Part shown: piece after piece, positions 18,953 to 28,677 of the stretch
How the letters are laid out: every line of letters begins with the position of its first letter
How positions within the stretch are numbered: position 1 is the first letter of the stretch
Origin: Parcubacteria group bacterium Greene0416_36
Lineage (GTDB): Bacteria > Patescibacteriota > Patescibacteriia > VMEV01
Length of the DNA stretch: 64,000 nucleotides
Assembly (NCBI GenBank): GCA_007375725.1
Contig: VMEV01000004.1
Coordinates: 5,021-69,020 of the forward strand
Direction of reading: 5' to 3'
Translations under genes and position numbers: made by a program
The notes under the pieces: generated by a model
The model's input: the letters and a program-made list of their open reading frames with translations, nothing else
Database searches by the model: none
What the model was told of the DNA's origin: nothing

Positions 18953-19052
18953 AAATTTATCCTATTTTATTAGATGACCAGATTATACCATACTATCAAA
19001 AAGTTGCAACCTTTTGTTAGTACGGTATAAAAAAGTACTAATCAATTTTCTT

Positions 19053-20477
19053 ATGTTCCTCTGCTCTTCCTGCAACAAAATATCCCAAAAATGGTCGGGA
19101 AGATGTCTCCTTTGCCAGGCTTGGGGAACTCTCGAGGCAAGGCCGGATATGGAAGAAAATGTCCATGGACGAAGGTCAAAAACAATGACATTTGAAAACA
19201 CGCCCAAACCCTTTCTGCTCTCAAGCGTCGAATCAACCGCAAATCAAAAACATAAAACCGGATTTGGAGAACTCGACGCAATACTAGGAGGGGGCCTGGC
19301 TATGGGCTCTCTTCTGCTTTTGGGCGGAGAGCCGGGAATCGGAAAGTCGACAATCGCCCTGCAGTTGGCGGACAGTATGGTGAAGACCAGAGATCCCCGC
19401 CTCCGAGGGGATGACGTTTATAAAATTCTCTACGTCTCCGGCGAAGAAAATCCGCATCAAATCAAAAATCGGGCGGAGCGATTAGGCGTGGACACAAACA
19501 GAATTCAAATTCTCGCCACCACTTGCATTGAAGAAATACTCGAAGTCGCGAAAATGGAAAAACCCATAATGGTGATACTGGATTCCATCCAAACCCTCTA
19601 CAGCCTAGATATTCCGTCCGAAATCGGATCGCCCAATCAAATCCGCGGAGTCGCGCAAAAAATCCTGGATACACTCAAACCGCTGGGCATCAGCGCCCTG
19701 ATCTTGGGACAAATCACCAAGGAGGGCAATTTGGCCGGACCCAAAATGCTCGAGCATTTGGTCGACGCGGTTCTGTATCTCGAGGGCGAAAAAGACTCGG
19801 CCATCCGCATTTTGCGCGTGCCCAAAAATCGCTTTGGGACCACCAGTGAGATACTGCTATTCAAGATGGACGAAAAAGGACTGCGGCCCATCAGTAATAT
19901 CAATGAAGAAGCGATATCCAATCTGGAAACCCAGGCCATCTCTGGATCCGCTTTCACCTTTATCTCAGACAGCGGGAAGAATTTTCTATTAGAGGTGCAG
20001 TCGCTGGTGACCAAAACTCTCTTCGGATACCCCCAGAGAAAAGCAATTGGCATTGATCCCAATCGCCTCCAAATTCTCTCGGCCGTGATGTCCAAATATA
20101 CCCGAACCCAGCTGCAGGGAGCCGATATCCACCTCTCGACCGCGGGAGCCATCAAATCCTATGACACAGCCTCGGATCTTGCCATTGCCGCGGCGATTCT
20201 CTCGTCGGCGCACAATATCCCATTGGACCGAAAAACACTGTTTATAGGGGAAATCGGGCTCGGAGGCGAGCTCAAAAACACGCGCAATCTGCAGTCAAAA
20301 CTCAAAGAAGCCGAAAAACTTGGATTCAATCAAGCTTGGATTCCCGAAACAGGAAAGCATACTCTCTCCGATAAATCACAACTAAAAATATACCCAATCC
20401 GAACAATCGCCGAGCTAGAAGCTCATCATTTTAAAAATAACAAAATACAAAGGGCCGTGGAGAATGGATTGGATTAA
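19053..20477 (+). CDS. radA: DNA repair protein RadA/Sms with an in-frame palindromic insert
   Basis: CSSC..C..C zinc finger, GEPGIGKST, KNRFG motif, Lon-like C-terminus. Confidence 0.96.
   Translation: MFLCSSCNKISQKWSGRCLLCQAWGTLEARPDMEENVHGRRSKTMTFENTPKPFLLSSVESTANQKHKTGFGELDAILGGGLAMGSLLLLGGEPGIGKSTIALQLADSMVKTRDPRLRGDDVYKILYVSGEENPHQIKNRAERLGVDTNRIQILATTCIEEILEVAKMEKPIMVILDSIQTLYSLDIPSEIGSPNQIRGVAQKILDTLKPLGISALILGQITKEGNLAGPKMLEHLVDAVLYLEGEKDSAIRILRVPKNRFGTTSEILLFKMDEKGLRPISNINEEAISNLETQAISGSAFTFISDSGKNFLLEVQSLVTKTLFGYPQRKAIGIDPNRLQILSAVMSKYTRTQLQGADIHLSTAGAIKSYDTASDLAIAAAILSSAHNIPLDRKTLFIGEIGLGGELKNTRNLQSKLKEAEKLGFNQAWIPETGKHTLSDKSQLKIYPIRTIAELEAHHFKNNKIQRAVENGLD
19391..19415. repeat. 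GATCCCCG...GGGGATGAC palindrome inside radA
   Basis: agatccccgcctccgaggggatgac, translated as RDPRLRGDD. Confidence 0.75.
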
Positions 20478-20563
20478 CAACAAATCCCCCTCAATCCCCC
20501 TTTGACAAGGGGGAAGTGGCTGTTGCTCCCTCCCTTGTCAAAGGGAGGGTTGGGGAGGGATTT
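20476..20563. repeat. CTTTGACAAGG composite palindromic element
   Basis: Copy abutting the radA stop codon. Confidence 0.9.
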
Positions 20564-20634
20564 ACTTTACAAAACAGATCGAATCTGATATGATTTTTTA
20601 TCTAAAAAACTGGCTTAATTATCTGTTTTTTCGT

Positions 20635-21534
20635 ATGAAAAGATATCTAATATCAGCTTTTTTCGCACTAGTAGCCATCAGCATGGCTCTACTTCCTGTT
20701 GCAACAAAGGCCGAATTAACCGTGATAGTACCACAAATGAATGTCCCCCTTCCATTTATTGGTCCCTTCTCAGCTCCAGATGAAAAAGGAGAAGTGCTTC
20801 AATTCGCCTGGATTGCGGAATATATTATTGGTCTCTACAAAATCATCATCGCGATCTCAGGGTTCTTGGCGATCATCATTATTCTTGTCGCCGGATTTCT
20901 CTGGGTCTCAAGCATGGGAAATCATAGCCAAATCGCTCAGGCCCACAGCATGATACAGGGCGCCCTAGCTGGAATCGTCGTGATTATGAGCTCGTACCTG
21001 CTCTTGTCTCTCATCAATCCAGCACTCTTGAAGCCAGGTACCCTCACGATTTCCAAAGCATTAGCCAAGAATACCCCTTTTGACGATAATGGCAGTAAGG
21101 CCCGCATCGAAGAAACCGAAGCTCAATTCATTCGAGCATTTGCGGATTGCGCCAATAAGCCAAATCCTGAACTCTGCCGAAATATTGCCAGAGAAATACT
21201 CGTGGATACTTTAATCGTAATGGCGGACGAAAAAAAATTACCTTTCCCTGCTGGAACCATTCAAGTCTCAAAAAACGCCCCCCAAAGAGTCAATGACCTG
21301 CTCAAAGCAAACCCGACAATGACCACGAAAGAAGCAATTGACATTGCCATCAAATGCCAAGAATATGATATGGATATGGTCTATCTACGACTCAATCACC
21401 TCTACAATGCCGACGAGACTTTCAATACGACAGTAAACCCAAATCTTTACCCTCATAAAAGTTACCGCGAACAAAGCCCTCACGATGCCTTTGTTTACGT
21501 CTTCCAAGAAGCACAAAAAAAGGGATGTTACTAA
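20635..21534 (+). CDS. TrbC/VirB2-like pilin domain with Cys-containing C-terminal extension
   Basis: PQMNVP.PFI and WI..YI.GLY shared with 16764..17618; AGFLWVSSMGN..QI..A motif. Confidence 0.72.
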   Translation: MKRYLISAFFALVAISMALLPVATKAELTVIVPQMNVPLPFIGPFSAPDEKGEVLQFAWIAEYIIGLYKIIIAISGFLAIIIILVAGFLWVSSMGNHSQIAQAHSMIQGALAGIVVIMSSYLLLSLINPALLKPGTLTISKALAKNTPFDDNGSKARIEETEAQFIRAFADCANKPNPELCRNIAREILVDTLIVMADEKKLPFPAGTIQVSKNAPQRVNDLLKANPTMTTKEAIDIAIKCQEYDMDMVYLRLNHLYNADETFNTTVNPNLYPHKSYREQSPHDAFVYVFQEAQKKGCY

Positions 21535-21538
21535 AAAT

Positions 21539-23647
21539 TTACTCAAAAAATATCCCCTTTGCCTCACTCTCAAAATGGGCAACGATATCTCCATATCGCC
21601 CCGTTTTTTGATTCTCGGCAAAAATACTCTCCACATCCGCCCGCACACCCTCCACCCACTCTGAACGTTCCAGCACGCTGTAATCATTATTCCCGTCTCC
21701 GAACACCGCCTCGAAATCACCGGACTGTCGGGTACCGTAGACATCTCCGGCTCCACGAAGCTCCAAATCTTGCTGAGCTAATTCCAAGCCATTGTGAGTA
21801 TTTTCCATGATCAGAAGGCGTGCGTAATCACGCGAGGAATCCGTGGGAAATAAAAAACAATACGACTGATCCTCCGCCCGCCCTACACGGCCGCGAAACT
21901 GGTGCAGTTGGGAGAGGCCAAACCGCTCGGCCCCCTCAATCATCATGATCGTCGCATTGGGAATATCCACGCCCACTTCGACTACCGAGGTTGAAACCAG
22001 AATTGGAAATTTATTCTGTTTAAAATCAGACATAATCACGTCCTTTTCTTTGGCTTTCAATTTTCCATGAAGCGAGCGGATATCCAGATCCGGAAAAGCG
22101 TCTTTTTTGAGATGTTCGAGAGATTCCTCCACAGACAAAACCCCTAATTTATCCGAGGGTGAAATGAGAGGACAAATCACAAATATTTGTTTGCTCTTCG
22201 CTATCTGGGATCGGATAAAATCATAAGTTTTCTCGCGATCCTCATCCCCAACGACATGAGTGGCGACCGGCTTCCGGCCCGGAGGCAGTTCACCAATCAT
22301 CGACACATCCAAATCCCCATACAGAAATAGGGCCAAAGACCGCGGAATCGGCGTGGCCGTCATGGAAATATAATGCGGATATAGTCCGCCTTTGGCAAAT
22401 CGGCTACGCAAAATTCCCCGCTGACGTACGCCGAAACGGTGCTGTTCGTCGACAATAATTAAATTCAAATTTAAAAACCTCACCTTCTCTTCCAAAATAG
22501 TATGCGTGCCAATGACTAATAGGTTTGGAGTCTCTTTAATGAGAAACAAAGCCTCTTTTTCCGATATTTTTTGATCTGCCGACTCTTTCGGATCAAAAAA
22601 AATTTTATCCGATCTGGTTAACAGCAAAATCGGCATTTCCAAACCGCCCAGTATGTTCTTGGCCGAGCTGAAATGCTGTTTGGCCAAAATTTCAGTCGGA
22701 GCCAAGAGGACGCTCTCGAATCCTCCCCAAAAGGCATTGGCAATAGCCATAAACGCCACCACGGTCTTGCCACTGCCCACATCTCCCTGCACAAGACGAT
22801 TGGCCGGAATCGCGCGCCCGAGATCCTGCAAAATCCGCCAAGACACCTTTTTCTGCGCATCGGTCAGAGTAAAAGGCAAGGTCCCCACCCATTTTTTGGT
22901 ATTTTCCTCATGAAATGGAATCGGCATGGCACCTAAAGTCTCCAAATTCTTTTTAAGATACGCCACGCGGCCTTGTATCCAAAACCATTTTTCATATTCG
23001 ATTCGCTCTCGGCCACGCGCAATTTCTTCGTCATTCTCGGGGAAATGCACCGCGCGAATCGCATCAGCTAGGGGCAGAAAATGACGATCCTTCTGAATAA
23101 ATTCAGGCAAGCCTTCTTCCAGATTTCCGACACTTTTAAGCGCCAGGCTCACCAGAAAACGAATCTGTTTGGGAGAAATCCCCTCGGTAGCCGGATAAAT
23201 GGGAATTTTCCCGCCAGTATGAATCGATTCGTGCCCCTCTTTCGCAGGCTCAAAAACAGGCTTCATGAAGGTTTTATTGTAATATTTATGCTCAACAGTC
23301 CCAGAAAAATAAAATTTCCCGCCAATGGGCAGAGAATTTTTGAGGAACGGCTGATTGAACCAAATAGCCTTGATTTGTCCGCTGTCATCGGACAGAACGG
23401 CTTCAGTCAGGGTCATTCTCTTCCCCCGAACTCGTATCGTGCGAAGCAATTCGACCATGGCTAGCACCGTCGCCGTGTCCCCCACATTCAAATCCGCAAT
23501 TTGCTTCTCACTGGAAAAATCATCATATCGAAAAGGCAAATAAAAAAGCAGATCCCGAACCGTCCGGATTTCTAATTTTTGCATCCTAGTCCCCAGCGCC
23601 TTTGCCATGCGATGGAGTTGGGTGATGGGTGTTGAGAGAGGAAGCAT
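21539..23647 (-). CDS. recG: ATP-dependent DNA helicase RecG
   Basis: GDVGSGKT, DEQHRFGV, TATPIPR, QLHQFRGRVGR motifs; N-terminal wedge/OB domain. Confidence 0.97.
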   Translation of the reverse strand: MLPLSTPITQLHRMAKALGTRMQKLEIRTVRDLLFYLPFRYDDFSSEKQIADLNVGDTATVLAMVELLRTIRVRGKRMTLTEAVLSDDSGQIKAIWFNQPFLKNSLPIGGKFYFSGTVEHKYYNKTFMKPVFEPAKEGHESIHTGGKIPIYPATEGISPKQIRFLVSLALKSVGNLEEGLPEFIQKDRHFLPLADAIRAVHFPENDEEIARGRERIEYEKWFWIQGRVAYLKKNLETLGAMPIPFHEENTKKWVGTLPFTLTDAQKKVSWRILQDLGRAIPANRLVQGDVGSGKTVVAFMAIANAFWGGFESVLLAPTEILAKQHFSSAKNILGGLEMPILLLTRSDKIFFDPKESADQKISEKEALFLIKETPNLLVIGTHTILEEKVRFLNLNLIIVDEQHRFGVRQRGILRSRFAKGGLYPHYISMTATPIPRSLALFLYGDLDVSMIGELPPGRKPVATHVVGDEDREKTYDFIRSQIAKSKQIFVICPLISPSDKLGVLSVEESLEHLKKDAFPDLDIRSLHGKLKAKEKDVIMSDFKQNKFPILVSTSVVEVGVDIPNATIMMIEGAERFGLSQLHQFRGRVGRAEDQSYCFLFPTDSSRDYARLLIMENTHNGLELAQQDLELRGAGDVYGTRQSGDFEAVFGDGNNDYSVLERSEWVEGVRADVESIFAENQKTGRYGDIVAHFESEAKGIFFE

Positions 23648-23711
23648 AAAAATAAAAAAACACCCCTAAAATGAAGCGCCTGTTGCTCATTCTTAATTCT
23701 TAATTTTGAAG

Positions 23712-24194
23712 TTATAATTTCATCCATCTCGCCAGCGCTTCCGCCACCGTCTCATTGTCTGTACCTAAATCTTCCGCGACAAAAGGGAGGAGTGCCTCGC
23801 GGATCTCCACGGGATCGTTATCTTCCATGGGAACAATCAAAAGCCCGTTCATCAGGGCATCTTTTTCAAAATAAATTTTGCTCACATGCGGAGGGTCATA
23901 CACCATCCAGAAACGCTTGAGATTCTGGTGAGGAATAAAGTCTCGATCCAGCAGAATCCCGCGATCCGTGACAGAAAATTGCAAATTCTTAGGCTCTTTA
24001 TTGTACCGCAAAAATAAAATAAAAAGCACGAGTACTATAATCAAGGCAAATAAAAAATTAGTGTTCCAGAGCGCATACACCATGAGGAGTCCTGAAATAA
24101 TGCCCAAAATCAAAAACCACCGGCCCGTCCGCTCCTGGCGAACATGCTCTCTAAAATTCCACTGAGCCAATAAGTTTCCGTAAAACGAGTCCAT
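23712..24194 (-). CDS. Hypothetical two-TM membrane protein
   Basis: 160 aa, two TM helices followed by a soluble domain. Confidence 0.75.
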   Translation of the reverse strand: MDSFYGNLLAQWNFREHVRQERTGRWFLILGIISGLLMVYALWNTNFLFALIIVLVLFILFLRYNKEPKNLQFSVTDRGILLDRDFIPHQNLKRFWMVYDPPHVSKIYFEKDALMNGLLIVPMEDNDPVEIREALLPFVAEDLGTDNETVAEALARWMKL

Positions 24195-24227
24195 ATAAGT
24201 TTATTCTACCACCTCCGACAAAAAACG

Positions 24228-24262
24228 AAAACCGGTCCGACGTAAAGTCGGACCGGTTTTTC
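24228..24262 (-). terminator. Intrinsic terminator of the DEAD-box helicase gene
   Basis: aaaaccggtccgac-gtaaa-gtcggaccggtttt. Confidence 0.75.
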
Positions 24263-24273
24263 TCACTGAAAAC

Positions 24274-25854
24274 TCAATTGAATCCTCCAAAATGATCCTT
24301 GCGGCGATTATCTCCCTTAAAATTACCAAATGATTTGGGCTTAGAGAATCCCGTTTTTTTGGCACCATCAGAACTGGAGGCTCCGTATTTCGAATCTCGT
24401 TTATCCTTGGTGAAAAAACGCTTTTTCGGAAAAACACTGGCCTTATGCTGACCGCCCTCACTTTTGAAAAAAGTTTTATCACTGGAAAAAGGATCTTCTT
24501 GCCGGGTTGAATCTGGTTTATATCCTCCATTATCTTTTGGCGTTGAAAATCTACTTCTCGGCGCAAATTTATCAGTCGAAAAGCCGCCTCCGTAGGATTT
24601 ATGTCCTCCGTAAGACTTGCCGCCGCCAAAGGATCGGCCGCCGCGGGAAGGGTAACTCCCTCCAGCAGGCCTCTGCCCTCGAGGAGAGAACTCTCTGGTA
24701 TCTGCAGGCATGGGTCGAGGAGCGGGCAATACTGGGGGGAGCCCCACAATGGGAATAGGCTTTCGCATCAAACGCTCGATCTGCCGCAGATCAGATTTTT
24801 CATGATGCGAAGCAAAAGAAATAGCTTTGCCGAAACTGCCCGCGCGGCCCGTTCGGCCGATACGATGCACATAATCATCATTATTATCCGGCAAATCAAA
24901 GTTGATCACCAAAGAAATATCTTTGACGTCAATTCCCCTAGAAGCAATATCCGTGCATACTAGCACTCGATATTTTCCGGATTTAAACCCAGCCAAGGAG
25001 TCACGGCGCTGAGCCAGCGATCGGTTGGAATGGAGTTCCGTCACCCAGTGGCCCATGGAACGGATGGCCGTGGTGATTCGTTTGGCCGAATGCTTGGTGC
25101 GCACGAAAACGAGAACCGTTCCCTTATGTTCACCCAGCATATGATCCAAGAGCTGCATTTTTTTCTCGCGGTCAATCATGTAAGCACTTTGATGGATGAG
25201 ATCTACCGTAGAGCCCTGCGGAGCCACTTCCACGCGAACGGGAGCCCGAAGATACCTTGAAGCCACGGCCGACAAATCCGCGGACAAAGTCGCGGAAAAG
25301 AGCAAGGTCTGGCGTTCTTTCGGACAAGCGTCCAAAATGCGCTTGATTTCCGGACCAAAGCCGATATCAAACATGCGGTCCGCTTCATCGAGCACCACGA
25401 TTTTGAGCGGATTCAAACTATAAGTTCTCTGCTTCAAATGATCCGCTAATCGGCCAGGAGTAGCAATCACAATCGTAGCTCCGGCTTTCAAAGCCTTGAT
25501 CTGATTGTAAATGGGCATGCCGCCGATGAGCACCGCGGTTTTGAAACCCACCGCGCGAGCCAGGCGATTAATCATTTCTTCTACCTGAATGGCCAACTCT
25601 CGAGTGGGAACCAAAATCAGAGCCTGTCCTTTTTCCAAAAACAAACGCTGAATCATGGGGATTCCAAAGGCTAAAGTCTTACCTGTACCCGTCTGGGCAA
25701 TGCCCACCACGTCCTTGCCGCCAAAAGCAATCGGAATAACCTTCTCCTGAATAGGCGTCGGCGTCACAAAACGGCTCCCCAGAGCCGATAAAATCTCGGG
25801 CAAAATGCCCAATTCACTAAAAAGCTTAGGGCTTTTGGGTTCATTATTCATCAT
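24274..25854 (-). CDS. DEAD-box RNA helicase (RhlE-like)
   Basis: Q motif, AQTGTGKT, PTRELA, DEAD, SAT, HRIGRTGR; RGG/K-rich tail. Confidence 0.97.
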   Translation of the reverse strand: MMNNEPKSPKLFSELGILPEILSALGSRFVTPTPIQEKVIPIAFGGKDVVGIAQTGTGKTLAFGIPMIQRLFLEKGQALILVPTRELAIQVEEMINRLARAVGFKTAVLIGGMPIYNQIKALKAGATIVIATPGRLADHLKQRTYSLNPLKIVVLDEADRMFDIGFGPEIKRILDACPKERQTLLFSATLSADLSAVASRYLRAPVRVEVAPQGSTVDLIHQSAYMIDREKKMQLLDHMLGEHKGTVLVFVRTKHSAKRITTAIRSMGHWVTELHSNRSLAQRRDSLAGFKSGKYRVLVCTDIASRGIDVKDISLVINFDLPDNNDDYVHRIGRTGRAGSFGKAISFASHHEKSDLRQIERLMRKPIPIVGLPPVLPAPRPMPADTREFSPRGQRPAGGSYPSRGGRSFGGGKSYGGHKSYGGGFSTDKFAPRSRFSTPKDNGGYKPDSTRQEDPFSSDKTFFKSEGGQHKASVFPKKRFFTKDKRDSKYGASSSDGAKKTGFSKPKSFGNFKGDNRRKDHFGGFN

Positions 25855-26076
25855 AAATCACGCTATTTCTTCCTTTTTCAGCCCCAATACTTACTCAAAA
25901 AGCCTATAATTGGCCTTAAAATTGAAGCTAGATTGAAAAGTTATATTTAAATTAATAAAAAAGTCCTATAATAATACACTAAAATAAGCAAAAAAGCAAA
26001 CTGTCAGGGAGGAACAATCCCTGCTATTATAGAAAGAGTTTCCAGTTGAAGAAAAAATATTTAGAACAAAACACTT

Positions 26077-26463
26077 ATGTTGATTCTGTTGTATTTTGTA
26101 ATATTCGGCATCCTTGGATGGTTTCTGGATATGCTGTATCGGAGTCTCGTGATCCAAAAATGGAATTCGGGCACACATATTCCCGGTTTTTCCGTTATTC
26201 ATGCCATGGGCGCCTTATGGCTTTATTTCTTTATTCCATTTATATCCGATTTTTCTCTGATTGGGCGTTTCTTATTATATGCGGGAACCTTGACCTTGGT
26301 CGAATTTTTAGGGGCTCTTTTCAGCATTTATGTCATGAAAAAACGTTTCTGGAATTATTCGAATAATTTCCTCAATTTCCGAGGACATATCGATTTCGTA
26401 CATACTTTTTATTGGGGAATTCTAGCCTTGATTTTCGAACAAATCATTTATCCTCTCTTGTAA
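26077..26463 (+). CDS. Putative ABC-transporter-permease-like membrane protein (CmpB/DUF1113-like)
   Basis: ILGW..D, TLVEF..A, RFWNYS...LNFRGHI...WG pattern. Confidence 0.7.
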   Translation: MLILLYFVIFGILGWFLDMLYRSLVIQKWNSGTHIPGFSVIHAMGALWLYFFIPFISDFSLIGRFLLYAGTLTLVEFLGALFSIYVMKKRFWNYSNNFLNFRGHIDFVHTFYWGILALIFEQIIYPLL

Positions 26464-26484
26464 CCAAATAAATTCCAACCCGGC

Positions 26485-26518
26485 AAAAAAAGGCTATTTG
26501 ATAATAGCCTCTTTTTTT
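26485..26518. terminator. Bidirectional terminator
   Basis: aaaaaaaggctatt-tgat-aatagcctcttttttt between convergent genes. Confidence 0.65.
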
Positions 26519-26526
26519 AAAAACAA

Positions 26527-26772
26527 TTATTTCACGAATAATCGTTTTTTCTGATCTCGCGACAATCGCTTAATTTCAGCTTCTCTGGAAAGCGCCGTCC
26601 CCCAAGTCGCACAATTCTCGGAGTAAACCAATTCGACCGGCCTGCGATTTTTGGTATATCGGGCCGCCTTTGGAGAATGATTATGTTCCTCAATTCGACG
26701 ATCTAAATCATGGGTCGACCCGGTATACAAAGACCCATCACAACAACACACGATATAAACCCAGTACGACAT
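26527..26772 (-). CDS. GIY-YIG nuclease (UPF0213/YazA-like)
   Basis: VYIV.C.DGSLYTG.T.DL.RR..EHN, YTK.RRP, RE.EIK motifs. Confidence 0.92.
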   Translation of the reverse strand: MSYWVYIVCCCDGSLYTGSTHDLDRRIEEHNHSPKAARYTKNRRPVELVYSENCATWGTALSREAEIKRLSRDQKKRLFVK

Positions 26773-26831
26773 ATTTTGCGAATTTAGTCATAACCGAAAG
26801 TTCGCCTACGCAAAGCTACGGCGAACGAAGG

Positions 26832-26920
26832 CGGAGAGGGCGAGATTCGAACTCGCGAGGGTTTTTTAGACCCTGCCACGTTAGCAGTGTGGTGCCTTAG
26901 ACCAGCTCGGCCACCTCTCC
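26832..26920 (-). tRNA. tRNA-Ser(GCT)
   Basis: GGAGAGG acceptor stem, anticodon loop CT-GCT-AA, long variable arm, GTTCGAATC T-loop; CCA not encoded (CCT). Confidence 0.95.
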
Positions 26921-26942
26921 AAAGAATAGTTTTTTCAAATAA

Positions 26943-27007
26943 ATATTAGATTTTATGGTATGTATTGTCAATTATTCATTGACTTTTTGCTTCAAAAAGC
27001 CTATTAT
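26943..27007. promoter_or_regulatory. Divergent promoters for the tRNA and MFS genes
   Basis: Minus: TTGACA-17-TAATAT (26971-26943); plus: TTGACT-17-TATTAT (26979-27007). Confidence 0.6.
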
Positions 27008-27032
27008 ACCTAATACTTTTTGCACAATCCTT

Positions 27033-27596
27033 ATGCACCCAAAAGCCAAAATCCTTCTTTATTCCAGCAATCTCTGGAATTTCGCGGACGGAATGCTCGG
27101 TCCGCTTTTTGCCGTGTTCGCGGAAAAAATAGGCGGAGATATACTGGACGTGACATGGGCATGGGCGATTTATCTGATTATCACCGGAGTTTTTGTCATT
27201 TTGGTCGGCAAATATTCCGATTATTACAGCAAAGAAAAAATCATGATCGCGGGTTACGCCCTCACCGCTCTGTGCACATTCAGCTATATATTCGTAGAAA
27301 CGCCCCTGCACCTCTTTATTGTCCAAGCAATTCTGGGGCTTGCGGTCGCTTTGTGCAACCCCACTTGGTACGCACTCTACTCCAAATACTCACCTAAAGA
27401 CTCGGGGTTCACATGGGGACTGGCTGACGGCCAAGCCAAGATTTTAATCGGACTGGCAATACTCGCGGGCGGTTTTATTGTTGAAAACTATTCTTTCGAC
27501 ACTCTTTTCATCATCATGGGCACTCTACAAGTCGCCGCGACACTCTATCAGATAAAAATTTTAAATAACCCAGGGGACCCAGGCATGGTTCGATGA
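27033..27596 (+). CDS. Half-size (about 6 TM) MFS transporter
   Basis: MFS motif-A-like GKYSDYYSKE between TM2 and TM3; only 187 aa from ATG 27033. Confidence 0.75.
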   Translation: MHPKAKILLYSSNLWNFADGMLGPLFAVFAEKIGGDILDVTWAWAIYLIITGVFVILVGKYSDYYSKEKIMIAGYALTALCTFSYIFVETPLHLFIVQAILGLAVALCNPTWYALYSKYSPKDSGFTWGLADGQAKILIGLAILAGGFIVENYSFDTLFIIMGTLQVAATLYQIKILNNPGDPGMVR

Positions 27597-27707
27597 CACA
27601 TACGGTGTGGCCCCAGCGATTTTTGCATTATTGAAAAATCCACACAAATAATCTATTCTGATATCGTTCAAAACTTGAAATTGTTCTTAACAAGAAAGAG
27701 AATCCAA

Positions 27708-28130
27708 ATGGAAGCTCAAGTATATGTTTCTGGAGCACTCACCAATATCCAAGAAGAAACCAAATTATTTTATGAAAAAATAGGCGCACTTTTTACCAAA
27801 AACGGACGATTTGCCTATATTCCTCACAAAAAATCCGATCCGATAGAATTCGCGAGCCTAGATCCGGGGGCCGTATATCAAATGGATTCTATGGCCATAT
27901 TGAATTCCAAACTCATAGTGGTCTATCTGGGACAGCCTTCCACAGGCGTGGGGATTGAAATGGAAATTGCCAAAAGCCGCGACATCCCCATGGTTTTACT
28001 ATACGAACAAACCAAAACCGTCTCCAGAATGGCTTTGGGCATGCCCAATATCAAAAAAATCATCAAATTCACAAATTTTGATGATGCTCTCGAGCAACTG
28101 GAACAAGGACTGCAGCAAAGACTTTTTTAG
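27708..28130 (+). CDS. Nucleoside 2-deoxyribosyltransferase / DNPH1-like N-glycosidase
   Basis: VYVSGAL, D..AI..S, PSTGVGIE motifs. Confidence 0.8.
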   Translation: MEAQVYVSGALTNIQEETKLFYEKIGALFTKNGRFAYIPHKKSDPIEFASLDPGAVYQMDSMAILNSKLIVVYLGQPSTGVGIEMEIAKSRDIPMVLLYEQTKTVSRMALGMPNIKKIIKFTNFDDALEQLEQGLQQRLF

Positions 28131-28228
28131 ATTTTTCTTTTAAAAAAAATTACTCAAAAAAAAATTTGAGGCCAGATATAATTATCTGGTTTTTATTTTT
28201 CCAACTAAAAAATCATCCCGACCAATGA

Positions 28229-28660
28229 TTGAAAGCCTCATTTCACTTCCAACTCTCATATTCCCGAAAGTCCAGCTTTATTATTATCGACAATAAACCG
28301 CATTTAAACGAAACAGGTGTAGATTATTTTTTGAGACGTAGCAAAAAACTTTTTTTGGTGACCACGAATAAAAACCACCCCGCTTTTTCGAGAAAAAATA
28401 CAGACAATCTCGAAATTATTTTTTACGAAAAAGAAATCGATTTCACGGATCTATTTTCCATTTTAAAAGAAAAATATCACGTGGATCGCATGACCATCCA
28501 AACCGGAGGAACGCTCAATGCCATTTTACTGCGAAAAAATTTGATTGATCATCTCTCTCTAGTGGTAGCGCCTGCACTGATCGGCGGTAAAAAAACCTCA
28601 TCATTAGTCGATGGAGAATCTCTGCACTCGATCGCTGGACTAAATCCATTTTTCCCATAA
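28229..28660 (+). pseudogene. Truncated RibD C-terminal (reductase) domain protein
   Basis: TGGTLN..LLR..LID.LSLVVAPALIGG motif, but no N-terminal SxDG region, TTG start, abrupt C-terminus. Confidence 0.6.
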
Positions 28661-28677
28661 AAAACAAGCTTTAAAAG

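Noticed and set aside
27573-27707. TGA readthrough fusing the MFS ORF to the in-frame NDT ORF, or a tRNA-like GGTTCGA fragment
   Set aside because: Long genes have no in-frame TGA and others end in TGA normally (code 11); the linker is not protein-like and no cloverleaf can be drawn.
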